DNA of 64,000 nt from Verrucomicrobiota bacterium (GCA_023269615.1 JAHFSY010000011.1:26116-90115); one strand, 5' to 3'; positions 1-9,455 are shown, counted from the stretch's first letter. A program made the numbers and translations. Notes: a model not told the origin generated them from the sequence alone.

Positions 1-402
1 ATCGAACGTAATGATCGGGATGCCCTGCTCCGCGATCGATTCAATCGTGGAAATGAGAAGGTCGCTGTTCTGCGGGGAGACGATGATCACGTTCACCCGC
101 TCATCAGCGAGCTTCCTCAACAAACGAATCTGTTCCTCAAGATCCCCCTCGTTTGCCGGCCCATGCCAGAGCAATTCGACCTGGGCACCTCCCCTCTCAA
201 GGTCGCGTTCTTCCTGGATGGCACCCGCGTGAAGAACGTCCCAGTACGCGTTGCTTTCCATCTTCGGCACGATGGCGATGCGGAGGCGCGGCGTGTTCGC
301 ACGTGGCTGACAGCCCCCCATGGTCAAAACCGTGACGAGAAATGCGAAGAGCAGCGGCAGGGCTCGACGGATCCCCCTTTGTCCTGTCCGTGGTGAAGTC
401 AT
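1..402 (-). CDS. Sugar ABC transporter substrate-binding lipoprotein (RbsB/Peripla_BP_4-like), runs off window start
   Basis: Not in ORF track; manual translation MTSPRTGQRGIRRALPLLFAFLVTVLTMGGC...RIAIVPKMESNAYWDVLHAGA...LLWHGPANEGDLEEQIRLL...VNVIIVSP...GIPIITFD. Signal peptide with candidate lipobox Cys; ATG overlaps gspD stop (TGATG). Confidence 0.8.
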   Translation of the reverse strand, partial: MTSPRTGQRGIRRALPLLFAFLVTVLTMGGCQPRANTPRLRIAIVPKMESNAYWDVLHAGAIQEERDLERGGAQVELLWHGPANEGDLEEQIRLLRKLADERVNVIIVSPQNSDLLISTIESIAEQGIPIITFD

Positions 403-2648
403 CACTCTGCGGGCTCCGTCACCTCTTCTGGATCAGGCAATTTTTCCACCGGGTCGGCAGGAATCGAGGAAGGCGGTGCATCCAGCATTTTTACCGCCTT
501 CTCACCGATCTTCGTGCGGTCAATCTCGTACTCACTTTGGGCCCCGGCTCCATCCAGCGAAGAAATGACGTTGGGCTGGATCAGGATGATGAGCTCCCTC
601 TTGTCCTTCACAACCACCGTGTCGCTGAAAAGGTAGCCGATGAGCGGAATATCGCTCAGGAACGGAATCCCAATCTGCGTCACCCGTTCCGACTCGGACA
701 TCAGGCCGCCAAGCACCACCGTCTCCCCGTTGCGGACGGTGATCGTGGTGTTGAGAAGCTGCTTGTTGATCGCCGTGGCGGTGACCGATCCGATGGCCAC
801 CTGGTTGCCCAGCGTATCGTTGCTCTGGGCAATCTGGAGCGTGACATCATTGTTCGCGTTGATCAGGGGAACGACAGCCAGCTGGAGGAGGATATCCTTG
901 TATTCGACACTGGTGTTGAGAACCGTCGATGTGCTGTTGGTGCTGGTGCCGCCGCCTACGACATTGGACTGGGTGGTGCCGGGCACGGGCTGCTGGGTAC
1001 CGGAGGCGATGATCGCCTTCTTGTTGTTCGAGGTGTAGATCGAAGGGCGGCTGAGAATTTTAAAGCGGCCGGTGTTCTGGAGGAGTTTCACGTAATAGTT
1101 AAAGAGCTTGCCGACCGTGCCCCAGACCGACCACCCATTCGCAAGGCCGATCAGCGTGCTGCCGTTGACCTGGACACTTCTCGGGTCAGTCGGGCCCGAA
1201 ATGGGGAAAGTGTTCAAGCCCGACGATGCATAGTTATCCTTGGTTCCTCGGGACGCCTGCAAGATGTCGACACCCAACTCCTGCGTGCCGGTATTGGACA
1301 TCTGGCCGATGAGCGTGGCGAGATAAACCTGCTTGGGTGGCTGGTCGAGAATTTTGAGAATCCCCTCAGCCACCTGCCAGCTTTGTGGCGGGCCGACAAC
1401 CACCATGGTGTTGATGCGATTGTCCGCGATCAGCTTGGTCTTGCCCACGACAAGCGACATGGCACGCGACTTTTCTTCAGAAACATGAACCTGGGAGGAA
1501 ACATCCACACTTGAGCCCGATCCGATTCCCGAAGTGGTGTCGCTGGAGCTTGAACCCGTCGCCTGTGATCCCATCGCGCCGGCGGATGATGCCGGCCCGG
1601 TTTTTCCCTGCTCCGAGAGCGCATCGGCCAGGATGGGCAGCAGGTCGGTGGCCCCCACATAACGCAGGCGGTATTCCTTCGGATCGCCCACCATGGCGGC
1701 TTCGTCGAGCTTCTTGACCATCCCAACCAGAAGGGCAAGGCTGTCCTTGCCGGCCGCGACCAGTACGCGGTTGGTGCGCGGATCGGGCAGCAGCCGCTCG
1801 CTGCCATTCATCTTGACGAACCCGGTGGAAGCCGGCTGGCCGGGAGCTCCATCGACAGACATCTTCAAGTTCTCCTTGCTTCCAGTCACGCCAGTCGTGC
1901 CGGTACCCAGCATGTTTTTGACCGTGTCAACCACGTCCGTGGCAGTGGCATTGTGCAGCTGGACGAATTCAATGTTCATCTCGGAGGGCGGAACGTCGAT
2001 CAGCTTTTGAATCTCGATCAGCTGGCGGATGACGTTGACATTTTCAGTGATCAGGAGCGCCTGGGCACCGGGGGCGCTCACGATCGAACCATAAGGCTGG
2101 TTGAGCGCCACCTGCTGGGAAAAAATGAGGAAGGCATCCGCCGCCGGCAGGTTCTTGAACGGCATGAAATAGGTGATGATCTGGCTGTCCTTCGGAAATC
2201 CGGAAGCGGGACCGGTGCAAATGGGCAACCCCACGGCACGGGGGTTTGACGGCCCGACGGGCACAAGCTTCGACCGATTTCCATCACCGGGAACCAGGGC
2301 AAACCCATTGACCAGGAGGGCGGAGCTGATCATCTCGGCTGCTTCAGTGACCGACAGGGGCTCGGGCGCCATCAGGGAAATCTTGCTGGTGGTGGCGATC
2401 GTGGTGGGAATGATCACGCTCTTGCCCGTCAGTTTCTCGTAAATGGCAACGGTATCAAAGATGCCCAGTTCCGGCATGCGCAGGCGGACACGGTTCTGAT
2501 CGTCCATGGGGACAACGACAGCGCCACCCGGCTTGTCCTGAGCCGCAAGATCTGGAATGGGGAATGGCAACATCAGGAGGACGATGCAGCACCACGCAGG
2601 GGAGGGCTGCCTCCATGACCGACGACGGATTTGGATTACTGAAGTCAT
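402..2648 (-). CDS. gspD: Type II secretion secretin GspD
   Basis: Repeated N-domains and C-terminal secretin motifs (ILSRPSIYTSNNKKA, VRNGETVVLGGL, GIPFLSDIPLIGYLF, RELIILIQP); last gene of a pseudopilin operon. Confidence 0.9.
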   Translation of the reverse strand: MTSVIQIRRRSWRQPSPAWCCIVLLMLPFPIPDLAAQDKPGGAVVVPMDDQNRVRLRMPELGIFDTVAIYEKLTGKSVIIPTTIATTSKISLMAPEPLSVTEAAEMISSALLVNGFALVPGDGNRSKLVPVGPSNPRAVGLPICTGPASGFPKDSQIITYFMPFKNLPAADAFLIFSQQVALNQPYGSIVSAPGAQALLITENVNVIRQLIEIQKLIDVPPSEMNIEFVQLHNATATDVVDTVKNMLGTGTTGVTGSKENLKMSVDGAPGQPASTGFVKMNGSERLLPDPRTNRVLVAAGKDSLALLVGMVKKLDEAAMVGDPKEYRLRYVGATDLLPILADALSEQGKTGPASSAGAMGSQATGSSSSDTTSGIGSGSSVDVSSQVHVSEEKSRAMSLVVGKTKLIADNRINTMVVVGPPQSWQVAEGILKILDQPPKQVYLATLIGQMSNTGTQELGVDILQASRGTKDNYASSGLNTFPISGPTDPRSVQVNGSTLIGLANGWSVWGTVGKLFNYYVKLLQNTGRFKILSRPSIYTSNNKKAIIASGTQQPVPGTTQSNVVGGGTSTNSTSTVLNTSVEYKDILLQLAVVPLINANNDVTLQIAQSNDTLGNQVAIGSVTATAINKQLLNTTITVRNGETVVLGGLMSESERVTQIGIPFLSDIPLIGYLFSDTVVVKDKRELIILIQPNVISSLDGAGAQSEYEIDRTKIGEKAVKMLDAPPSSIPADPVEKLPDPEEVTEPAE

Positions 2649-3166
2649 GGGTGAGAGGGGCCGGGAACCGTACCAGATTCCTCAAGCACTTGATATCGTT
2701 TTTTTAGCTCCTCGAGAATGGGAGGCAGGTAGTGGAGCTCGACCGTCTTCTGCTTATGACGCACGGTGACAAACTCCTTTTCCGGGTCCTCGTCGAAATG
2801 CGCCGATTCCACGGAATATTCATCGGGGTTGGGCTTCGGGCCAACATACATGCGGAGTCCTGTTTTCTCCTTTTGGAGGATGGCGAATGTTTCCTCGCGA
2901 ATTTTGATCAGGGCCAGCAACGACCATCCGTCCACGCTGCCGGCCGAAGATGCAACGGAAACAGCAACTGTGGGGTCGGGTGGACGAAATGTCCCCTCCG
3001 TCCAGATGGGGGCGAACTCCTTGATCGGAGGCATGGGGGGCACTTTTGCCGCGCGCTCCAATTCCCCGAGATCCTTTGTGGCGGCAAACGCAAGCGCACC
3101 GGCAAGGGCAAGGCTTCCAACGGCCACTCCCCATTGGAGTCCACATTTGAAGAGGGGCGTTCTCAT
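2645..3166 (-). CDS. T2SS-associated single-TM protein, possibly GspC/PilP-like
   Basis: ATGA overlaps on both sides; N-terminal TM, Pro-rich linker, small beta-rich domain (GWSLLALIKIREETFAIL); position just upstream of the secretin. Confidence 0.45.
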   Translation of the reverse strand: MRTPLFKCGLQWGVAVGSLALAGALAFAATKDLGELERAAKVPPMPPIKEFAPIWTEGTFRPPDPTVAVSVASSAGSVDGWSLLALIKIREETFAILQKEKTGLRMYVGPKPNPDEYSVESAHFDEDPEKEFVTVRHKQKTVELHYLPPILEELKKRYQVLEESGTVPGPSHP

Positions 3167-3690
3167 GCCTTGGGCGAACTGTAGTAGCGGGTCAGCGTGA
3201 TCTCCCACTCCATTTCGGCGGAATCAACTCCCTGGTGGCAGACGAACGCCGTGCATTCAACGAAACTTGACGGCGTCTGGAGGTCATGAAGCCATGCCAC
3301 CATCTGCTCGAGTTGTCCCGACAGCCGCAGGTGAATGGAGAATGTGTGGCAGCCCGTCACGTCCGCGCTCTCCAGCAGATTTTGATCGAGGATCTTGACT
3401 CCATTTGCCTTGGAGAGATCCTGCATCTGTCGGACCAGCGTGGCCGGGGTGATCTCCTTTGTGAATGCCGGGCGCGCCGCCTGCAACCACTGTTCGCGGG
3501 CGCCCCAAAGTGTGCTCTGCGCAAGCCATGCGTCCGCCACCAGTTTCTGCTCATTGAGGGCGGAGCGTTTCGTATTCAAAGTCCGTCCCAAGGCAAGCAT
3601 GTGCGAAATGGCAGCCATGTTTCCCACGATGAAAATCGCGAGCCCCAGAAACGTGGCCAGAAATTGTTCGGATTTATTGAGCTGACGCAT
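3163..3690 (-). CDS. GspM/PilO-like inner-membrane protein
   Basis: MRQLNKSEQFL + TM + coiled coil + ferredoxin-like C-terminus (IHLRLSGQLEQMVAWLHDL); operon position. Confidence 0.65.
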   Translation of the reverse strand: MRQLNKSEQFLATFLGLAIFIVGNMAAISHMLALGRTLNTKRSALNEQKLVADAWLAQSTLWGAREQWLQAARPAFTKEITPATLVRQMQDLSKANGVKILDQNLLESADVTGCHTFSIHLRLSGQLEQMVAWLHDLQTPSSFVECTAFVCHQGVDSAEMEWEITLTRYYSSPKA

Positions 3691-4936
3691 ACGGTAGTTT
3701 TCCCTGGACACGAAATTGAGTGAGATTGTCCGCCTGGATGCTGGGCGTGTCGAAAGCCCAGTCAATTCCACCATCCTGTGCGCCAACGTTGAGCTTTTGT
3801 CGAAACTGGTAAACCAGATCCACCTCGGTGGTGGTGCCGCGCAAATCCACCACTCCGTTCGCAATGCGAAATTCCGTCAGCCAAAGGTCCTTCTCCGGCA
3901 TGGCGCGGCGGATTTCCAGCAGGATCATCAGCGGATAATTGGAAGGGTCAACCGTCGGCTGCGTCTGCTTCCATGCCGTGGCCGCCTTCTGGAGACTCTC
4001 CACCTTCGCACGATTGCCATCCAGTTCTGCTTGAAGCCTCTCGATCCCCAGTTTCCGGGAGAGGAGGACGCCCGCCCACGTGCTGATCACCACCAGATAC
4101 AACGCCGCCACCACGCCCACCAGCCGCCGCCGCCGGGCCCGTGAGCTGCGCTGCAATCTTGCCTGCACGACGGATGAAGGCACCAGTTGTCCCACCCTCG
4201 CCGGCAGGCGGGGTGCGGGACGCGCCGACACCACAACCTTCCCGCCGAAAAGCGGGCCGAGCGCCGCCTCGGCCCCACCCCCCGCATCCGCCCATACCCA
4301 GATCACGGGCGCTTCCGTCATCAATCCCTCCATCTTGAGAATCCGCCCCAGGCCGCGAAGTTCATCGAGCACGGCCGGTGTCAGACGCGCGTCTGCCAGC
4401 GACTGGAAATACACGAGCTCCCCTCCGCGCATGACACCGATCACGAGGCGGCTGTTTTCAAGCCAGAGGGCGCAACCATCCGGTGGCAGGGGCAGCATGC
4501 GCGCGGACGTTTCAAACCGCGAAATTTCCGGACGCCCCAGCTCGGGTGGAATATTGCCGCTCAGCTCCTCCACCATGACCAGCCGCTGCTTCTGGGCGTC
4601 CTCCGGCCCGGCGGGAACTGCGTCGAAAACCGGTGGCTGCCCTTTCTCCGTCGCGAGGGCGCGCTGTTCGCGCTGGAACGAGGCCAGCGCCCGCAATGAA
4701 GATGCATCCGCCGGTGGCGCATGAAACACAAAATTCAGCACCGATCCGACCGGCAGGCCGGCGGCCGCGATCTGGGTTCCCGGCGGAAGCTGGGCCAGCC
4801 CGGTTGAACGAAGCCGCGCCCGGTCCGTGCCCGCGTTCTCCCAGACTTCCCATTCACTCAAGGGTCCGGGGAAAAGAACCACGCCGGATGCAGCCCCGGT
4901 TTTGGGCGTCACTGGCTCGATGGTGGGCTGGCTCAT
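3674..4936 (-). CDS. GspL/PilN-like inner-membrane platform protein
   Basis: Cytoplasmic domain, RRRR + TM, coiled coil, PilN-like C-terminus (DLWLTEF...VDLRG); lies between K and M. Confidence 0.7.
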   Translation of the reverse strand: MSQPTIEPVTPKTGAASGVVLFPGPLSEWEVWENAGTDRARLRSTGLAQLPPGTQIAAAGLPVGSVLNFVFHAPPADASSLRALASFQREQRALATEKGQPPVFDAVPAGPEDAQKQRLVMVEELSGNIPPELGRPEISRFETSARMLPLPPDGCALWLENSRLVIGVMRGGELVYFQSLADARLTPAVLDELRGLGRILKMEGLMTEAPVIWVWADAGGGAEAALGPLFGGKVVVSARPAPRLPARVGQLVPSSVVQARLQRSSRARRRRLVGVVAALYLVVISTWAGVLLSRKLGIERLQAELDGNRAKVESLQKAATAWKQTQPTVDPSNYPLMILLEIRRAMPEKDLWLTEFRIANGVVDLRGTTTEVDLVYQFRQKLNVGAQDGGIDWAFDTPSIQADNLTQFRVQGKLPYASAQ

Positions 4937-5874
4937 AGTTGTTTTTGTTCCAGCAGGGTAAACGGCGTGGTGGCACGGTTGACCACCATGGAAAGACTGG
5001 CCTGGATCGGCCCGCTTTGCCCAATGCTTAGCATGCGGGTCACCGGTGATTCAATGCCCAAGGGCGTCGCCAGGGCACCCCAAACTTCCGGAGAAATCCC
5101 GAGAAACTGACGGGCGTCCTCAAGGTTTGCAAAACGAATGTCATCGCCCGTGTCAGGCACCCCATCCGGTCCGCTGAGATAGGTCACCATTTCCACCGCC
5201 TTGGAGTGGGAGGCGCCCGTCGCCGCCGCCACCATGTCCGCTGAAGCCGAGTTGAGATCCAGGCTGCCGTCAGTCCAGACGGTGAAAAAATTCCGCCAGT
5301 CGGATTTCCGCCGTGTGACCAGGTCAAAGTGAAGGACCTGGGCCATCTGTTCCACCGAGATGAATTCCTTTCCCGTGGGGCCGTATGCCAGCCCGGCCGC
5401 AACGTAATCGTTGGGCCCGGCGCCGTTGAGCCGCCGTCCAGCCAGCGGATCCACCCAGTCCAACATGCAGTCAATCACCGTGTCCGCCTCCACTGAATTC
5501 AACCCCCATCCAAGAAAAAGTTGTTGAAGCACGGTCCGGTTCTGGTGCTTGAGCACCGCGTTGATCTGCAATCGCCCGTTCTCGCCAACCGCGTGTGCTG
5601 TAAAATGTCCGCCGCCGGGCAGCGTCTGCGTCAACACGGGATCTCCGTTTTTAATGCCCGGACAGGACAGGATCGCCAGGCCGGATTCCGCCAGGTATCG
5701 CGCCCCGTCGGACTGCTGAAGCTCGGTCTCGTCCTGGATCGCCGACTGCGTCATCGCCGTCAAACCCACCACGGCGATGCAGATGACGCCGACAGCCCAC
5801 AGCACGAGCAACAGCGCGGCACCTTCCCGTTGCGAGCCCTGTGTTTTGATCGAAGAGTGAACCGGGGTTTTCAT
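4933..5874 (-). CDS. gspK: Minor pseudopilin GspK
   Basis: REG|AALLLVLW N-terminus, ENGRLQIN, DWVD, LDLNSAS and GPDGVPDTGDD motifs; start 5874 overlaps upstream stop. Confidence 0.85.
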   Translation of the reverse strand: MKTPVHSSIKTQGSQREGAALLLVLWAVGVICIAVVGLTAMTQSAIQDETELQQSDGARYLAESGLAILSCPGIKNGDPVLTQTLPGGGHFTAHAVGENGRLQINAVLKHQNRTVLQQLFLGWGLNSVEADTVIDCMLDWVDPLAGRRLNGAGPNDYVAAGLAYGPTGKEFISVEQMAQVLHFDLVTRRKSDWRNFFTVWTDGSLDLNSASADMVAAATGASHSKAVEMVTYLSGPDGVPDTGDDIRFANLEDARQFLGISPEVWGALATPLGIESPVTRMLSIGQSGPIQASLSMVVNRATTPFTLLEQKQL

Positions 5875-6524
5875 GAGGGACTTCCAAAATGCGGCAAGGC
5901 GTTGGTTTGAACCTGCGGGATGTAAAAAACCGTCCGGCTGCCGGCGGCCTCGGTTGGACGCCTCAACCACAGCGCCACGGCCAGTGGACGACGGATGGGA
6001 TCCTTCCATTCATCCTTCCATTCGCCGGAACCTGGATCTTGAAACGACCACTCCATTTCCGAAAAACCACCGGCCAGCGGGAGCCATGGCATCAGCTCGG
6101 CATGCGCCCGGTCATTTGCCATCGGGTTGAATTTCCTCGCGGCGAGCACCCATCGGCCATCCTCCTGCTTTCGCGCCGCCAGCACCACGGTGACCGCCAT
6201 CGGATCCTGCCATCGTTCGCCCCACTGCAACGTCCCCGGTGCCTGCTGAAACTGGACTTCCCGGCTGGAGCTGGACTCAGGACGCTTTTCTGCGCGCACC
6301 ACCGCCGTCACTGGCAACCGGCTGCACGCCTGGCGCAACACGTCCAGGAGCGCATCGGTCTCGCCCTGGGTCCGGATGAGTCCCCTCACCACCATGATGC
6401 TCTCCATGGTGCTCTGAACAATTCCAAAAATGCCGCCGCACAGGACGCTGAAAAGCGTCAGCACCAGCATGACTTCGAGAAGCGTGTAGCCCTCAGCGCG
6501 CCGTGGTTGGATCTTTGAAAACAT
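5871..6524 (-). CDS. Minor pseudopilin GspJ-like
   Basis: EG|YTLLE prepilin motif; C-terminal W..EW....RPLAV typical of GspJ. Confidence 0.75.
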   Translation of the reverse strand: MFSKIQPRRAEGYTLLEVMLVLTLFSVLCGGIFGIVQSTMESIMVVRGLIRTQGETDALLDVLRQACSRLPVTAVVRAEKRPESSSSREVQFQQAPGTLQWGERWQDPMAVTVVLAARKQEDGRWVLAARKFNPMANDRAHAELMPWLPLAGGFSEMEWSFQDPGSGEWKDEWKDPIRRPLAVALWLRRPTEAAGSRTVFYIPQVQTNALPHFGSPS

Positions 6525-7008
6525 ATTCCTCCACTGTCGCGGATTGTGGTCCTTCCGGCCCCACCCATTTCGCCGTCAGTTGCAACCGGTAAAGTGACTG
6601 CAGCTCGTGCCCCTTGCTGTCCCGCAGCTTGAGCGGTTCTGCCACGGTCGTGTAAATGACTCCCCGCCCGTCTGCCGGGCTCGTCGTTGTCCCCTCGGAT
6701 CTCAGCCGCAGCCGCGCTTCGAGAAGACGGCTGTCCAGTTGCTGGCGGACGTAGGCCGACATCGCCACCATCGAGGAGCTGCGAATCGTCTGGTTCATCC
6801 CCGTCACCATTCCCACCACCGTGATGGAAAAGATTGCAATCGCGAGCATCATCTCCAGAAGCGTGAAAGCTCCCGTCGGTTGGTTTCGTCCTGTAGGAGC
6901 CGCTGTCAGCGGCGATCCGGATTCCACCCCTTCCCGGTCGCCGCTGACAGCGGCTCCTACAAGCGAGAAAATATTCCGGCTCCTGACTCCTGTGTCATTC
7001 TCTTTCAT
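6493..7008 (-). CDS. Minor pseudopilin GspI-like with a REP doublet in its leader
   Basis: GA|FTLLEMMLAIAIF motif after a 47-aa leader; ATG overlaps the gspH stop (ATGA). Confidence 0.75.
   Translation of the reverse strand: MKENDTGVRSRNIFSLVGAAVSGDREGVESGSPLTAAPTGRNQPTGAFTLLEMMLAIAIFSITVVGMVTGMNQTIRSSSMVAMSAYVRQQLDSRLLEARLRLRSEGTTTSPADGRGVIYTTVAEPLKLRDSKGHELQSLYRLQLTAKWVGPEGPQSATVEEYVFKDPTTAR
6892..6961. repeat. GTAG-family REP doublet (REPIN-like) TGTAGGAGCCGCTGTCAGCGGCGA
   Basis: 24-bp perfect inverted pair 6892-6915 / 6938-6961; identical arms recur at 54462-54530. Confidence 0.9.
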
Positions 7009-7517
7009 GGCATTGAACTGGTTTCCGAAAGGACGGCGCCGGTCAGGGGACTGAAGGTTTGCTCAATCACCGCCGAACCGCGCTGGAAGCGCAGCGACAG
7101 GGGTTCGCAGAGTCGACCGGCCACGAATTCCCACCGGAAATCACGCACCTCGTGCCACTGTGCCTGGCCCCACGATTTCATCAAAAGACGCTGACCCCGT
7201 GCCAGGTGGGCAACTGCCAGGCTGGGTGGATCGCCCGGCTGGGGTTGGGCCGGTTGCAGCGTAAAATAGTCCAAGTGCAACTCAATCGTGTAGGCCCGAT
7301 GCTCGCGCAGTGCCAGTTCCCGGGCCCGATCAATTTGATCCGCCAGCTTTTCCGTCGGCTCCCGCAGTTGCTTCTGGGCCTGGTAATCCCCCAGCACCGG
7401 CACCGCCACCAGCAGCATGATGGCGCCGATGGCGAGGGCCAGCATGATCTCGAGCAGCGTGTAACCCTCACACGCGCGATGACGGGATGGAGCGGCTGGG
7501 GAAAATAACGGCTTCAA
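7005..7517 (-). CDS. Minor pseudopilin GspH/FimT-like
   Basis: EG|YTLLEIML, ARELAL, C-terminal F.PLTG; TTG start uncertain. Confidence 0.75.
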   Translation of the reverse strand: MKPLFSPAAPSRHRACEGYTLLEIMLALAIGAIMLLVAVPVLGDYQAQKQLREPTEKLADQIDRARELALREHRAYTIELHLDYFTLQPAQPQPGDPPSLAVAHLARGQRLLMKSWGQAQWHEVRDFRWEFVAGRLCEPLSLRFQRGSAVIEQTFSPLTGAVLSETSSMP

Positions 7518-7541
7518 GGCAGACCTCCGGACAGCGTGTCT

Positions 7542-8030
7542 TCAGGAATTGGATGCCGACTTCTGCCAATTGCCAATCAAGCCCTCGGAAGCATTGGGCC
7601 CGTTTGCTCCCCAGGACCAGAGGTCGAACGACCCCGGATTGTGTTTGCCGGGACAAATGTATTGGTAGGGATTTCCCCACGGATCAATGAGCGCTTCCGG
7701 CTTCAGCAATTGGAGCCAGTTCGGCGGGGTGGGCGGAATGGTGGGTTTGCTCACCAATGCCTGAAGCCCCTGTTCGGTGGTCGGGTACTTCAGGTTTTGC
7801 ATCTGGTAGGTCCGCACCTGCGTCCCCAATGCCCCGAGATCCGATTGAACACGCGTCTCCTTGGCCACCGCCACGTTGCCAGACAAGTAGTAAATTCCCG
7901 ATCCCAGCAGCACGGCAATGATCGATAGAACCAGCATGATCTCGATCAGGGTATATCCCGCAGTCCACCGCCTGCCCGCCAATCCGGGATGATTCCTCAC
8001 GTCAAAACCACTTTGCTGTAAGATATTCAC
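7542..8030 (-). CDS. gspG: Major pseudopilin GspG
   Basis: AG|YTLIEIML, YPTTEQGLQALV, DPWGNPYQY..PG, FDLWSWG, IGNW. Start uncertain (GTG 8030 or 8000); the 329-aa track ORF is over-extended. Confidence 0.92.
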   Translation of the reverse strand: MNILQQSGFDVRNHPGLAGRRWTAGYTLIEIMLVLSIIAVLLGSGIYYLSGNVAVAKETRVQSDLGALGTQVRTYQMQNLKYPTTEQGLQALVSKPTIPPTPPNWLQLLKPEALIDPWGNPYQYICPGKHNPGSFDLWSWGANGPNASEGLIGNWQKSASNS

Positions 8031-8147
8031 CGCAAACAGGTTAATCCGCCCTGTTCGGACGAGCAAGCCCAAACTTCCCATGGAAACCGCTTCCCTGTTC
8101 CCTATTTGACTCTGATGCATCCTGCCCTTACATTTCTTCATCCCTGC

Positions 8148-8591
8148 ATGAACCTTCTGACCCACCGCTTTTTCACCTACTTCACCGACGCCCATGCGAG
8201 GTCGCTGGCTGAATATTCGGAGGAAATCCCCTGCAACGCCGATACGCTCCTTTTTGAAGAAGGCGATCCATCCGATTGCCTCTACGTGGTGCTCGAAGGC
8301 CAGGTCGAGCTGACCAAGAAGGCCCCGGACGGCACGAAAGTCCCGCTTGCCACCATCGAGGCCGGTGACTATTTCGGCGAGATGGGCATCATCAGCGACA
8401 AGCCCCGCAGTACCGGCGCCCGCACCACCGTCTTCTCCCGCCTCGGAAAAATTCCGGGGCCTCCCCTCATGCGCATCCTGCAGGAGGAACCTTTCGTCAC
8501 CCTCCACCTTTTTCGAACCATCCTCGACCACCTGCGCAAAGCCAACGATCGCTACGTCGCGGACGTCCCCAAAAAGGGCAAGGGCAAATAA
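8148..8591 (+). CDS. Stand-alone cyclic nucleotide-binding (Crp-type) domain protein
   Basis: LFEEGDPSDCLYVVLEGQVE...GDYFGEMG...PRST; no C-terminal HTH. Confidence 0.85.
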   Translation: MNLLTHRFFTYFTDAHARSLAEYSEEIPCNADTLLFEEGDPSDCLYVVLEGQVELTKKAPDGTKVPLATIEAGDYFGEMGIISDKPRSTGARTTVFSRLGKIPGPPLMRILQEEPFVTLHLFRTILDHLRKANDRYVADVPKKGKGK

Positions 8592-8633
8592 TCCGCAAAT
8601 TCAGAGTCCGGGGCTTTTCAACGCCCTGAAAGA

Positions 8634-9220
8634 TCATGAATTATCCGTATGAAATCCGATGCGCCTTCTCGGCGGATCCGGGGGTGGTACCAGCAGAGGT
8701 TGAAGCTCCGACCAGATGATCTGGAGCGACTTGTCATGCTGAAGCAATGCCTTGTCTATTTCCGCTAATCGCTTGAGAATGGCCGCATTGGCCACGAGTT
8801 GTTCCCGCATCTGGATGAATGCACGCACCACAAATACGCTCATCGCCACGGCCGCGGGACTGTTCAACACCGTCGCCGCCATGATCGCGCCGTGCTCCGT
8901 GAACGCGGTTGGCCGGTAGGCCGATCCCCGATGTCTCTTGGAACTGGTCGCAAATTGCGACCAGTTCAGCACAACGCCTTCTCTTTGCGGGACCTTCACA
9001 TTTGAAGTCACAATTTGTGACTTCAAACGATCCCACTCCCGCACGGTCAATCGAAACATGAAATCTTCCGGGAAACGGTCGCGTTGCGCTTTACCTGTTC
9101 GTTAAACCGCTTCGTGACCACGCCGTAAAGTTCCGCCAGATCCGCATCCAGAATCACCTTCCGGCCACGCAAGTTGAAGATCAGGGAACTGATGGGCTTC
9201 TTTGCTTTCATCGGCTTCAT
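8634..9220 (-). pseudogene. ORF6N-domain DNA-binding protein, frameshifted near 9085
   Basis: N-part LRGRKVILDADLAELYGVVTKRFNEQVKRN and C-part RFPEDFMFRLT...SQFATSS...AFTEHGAIMAATVLNS...RRRIGF are in different frames; one base missing at aac-gcg-acc. Could be a sequencing error. Confidence 0.8.
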
Positions 9221-9423
9221 GTGTGGAAAAAACCAATGGCCCGGATGACGCGGCATTCCCGCTCGGCTTCGAGCCAGTCGAGATGATCCAGAACCTCCTC
9301 GGAAAGAGGAATCCGCGAGCCAAGCAACCGTCGCATTTGCCGTTTGTCTTCGTAACAGCGCCACACCGCCTCGTCTTCATTGAAGCGGCGGGCCAGTTCC
9401 TGGGAATCGTTGAGGGGATTCAT
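9217..9423 (-). CDS. Small hypothetical protein (68 aa)
   Basis: Stop overlaps the ORF6N start (ATGA); AT-rich promoter-like region upstream. Confidence 0.55.
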   Translation of the reverse strand: MNPLNDSQELARRFNEDEAVWRCYEDKRQMRRLLGSRIPLSEEVLDHLDWLEAERECRVIRAIGFFHT

Positions 9424-9455
9424 GATGGTTTGATTTGAATTGTCCTGTCAGTGTT

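Noticed and set aside
342-1514. Long antisense ORFs (also 17761-18825, 25807-26952, 29751-31322, 61676-62599 and others)
   Set aside because: Shadow frames of well-supported genes in GC-rich DNA; no recognisable motifs.
8052-8065. TGTTC-GGAC-GAGCA, one mismatch to the Verrucomicrobia LexA box
   Set aside because: Single imperfect hit, and the flanking genes are not SOS-like.
7542-8531. 329-aa GspG with a long N-terminal extension
   Set aside because: The extension is the antisense of the cNMP-binding gene; the real GspG starts near 8000-8030.
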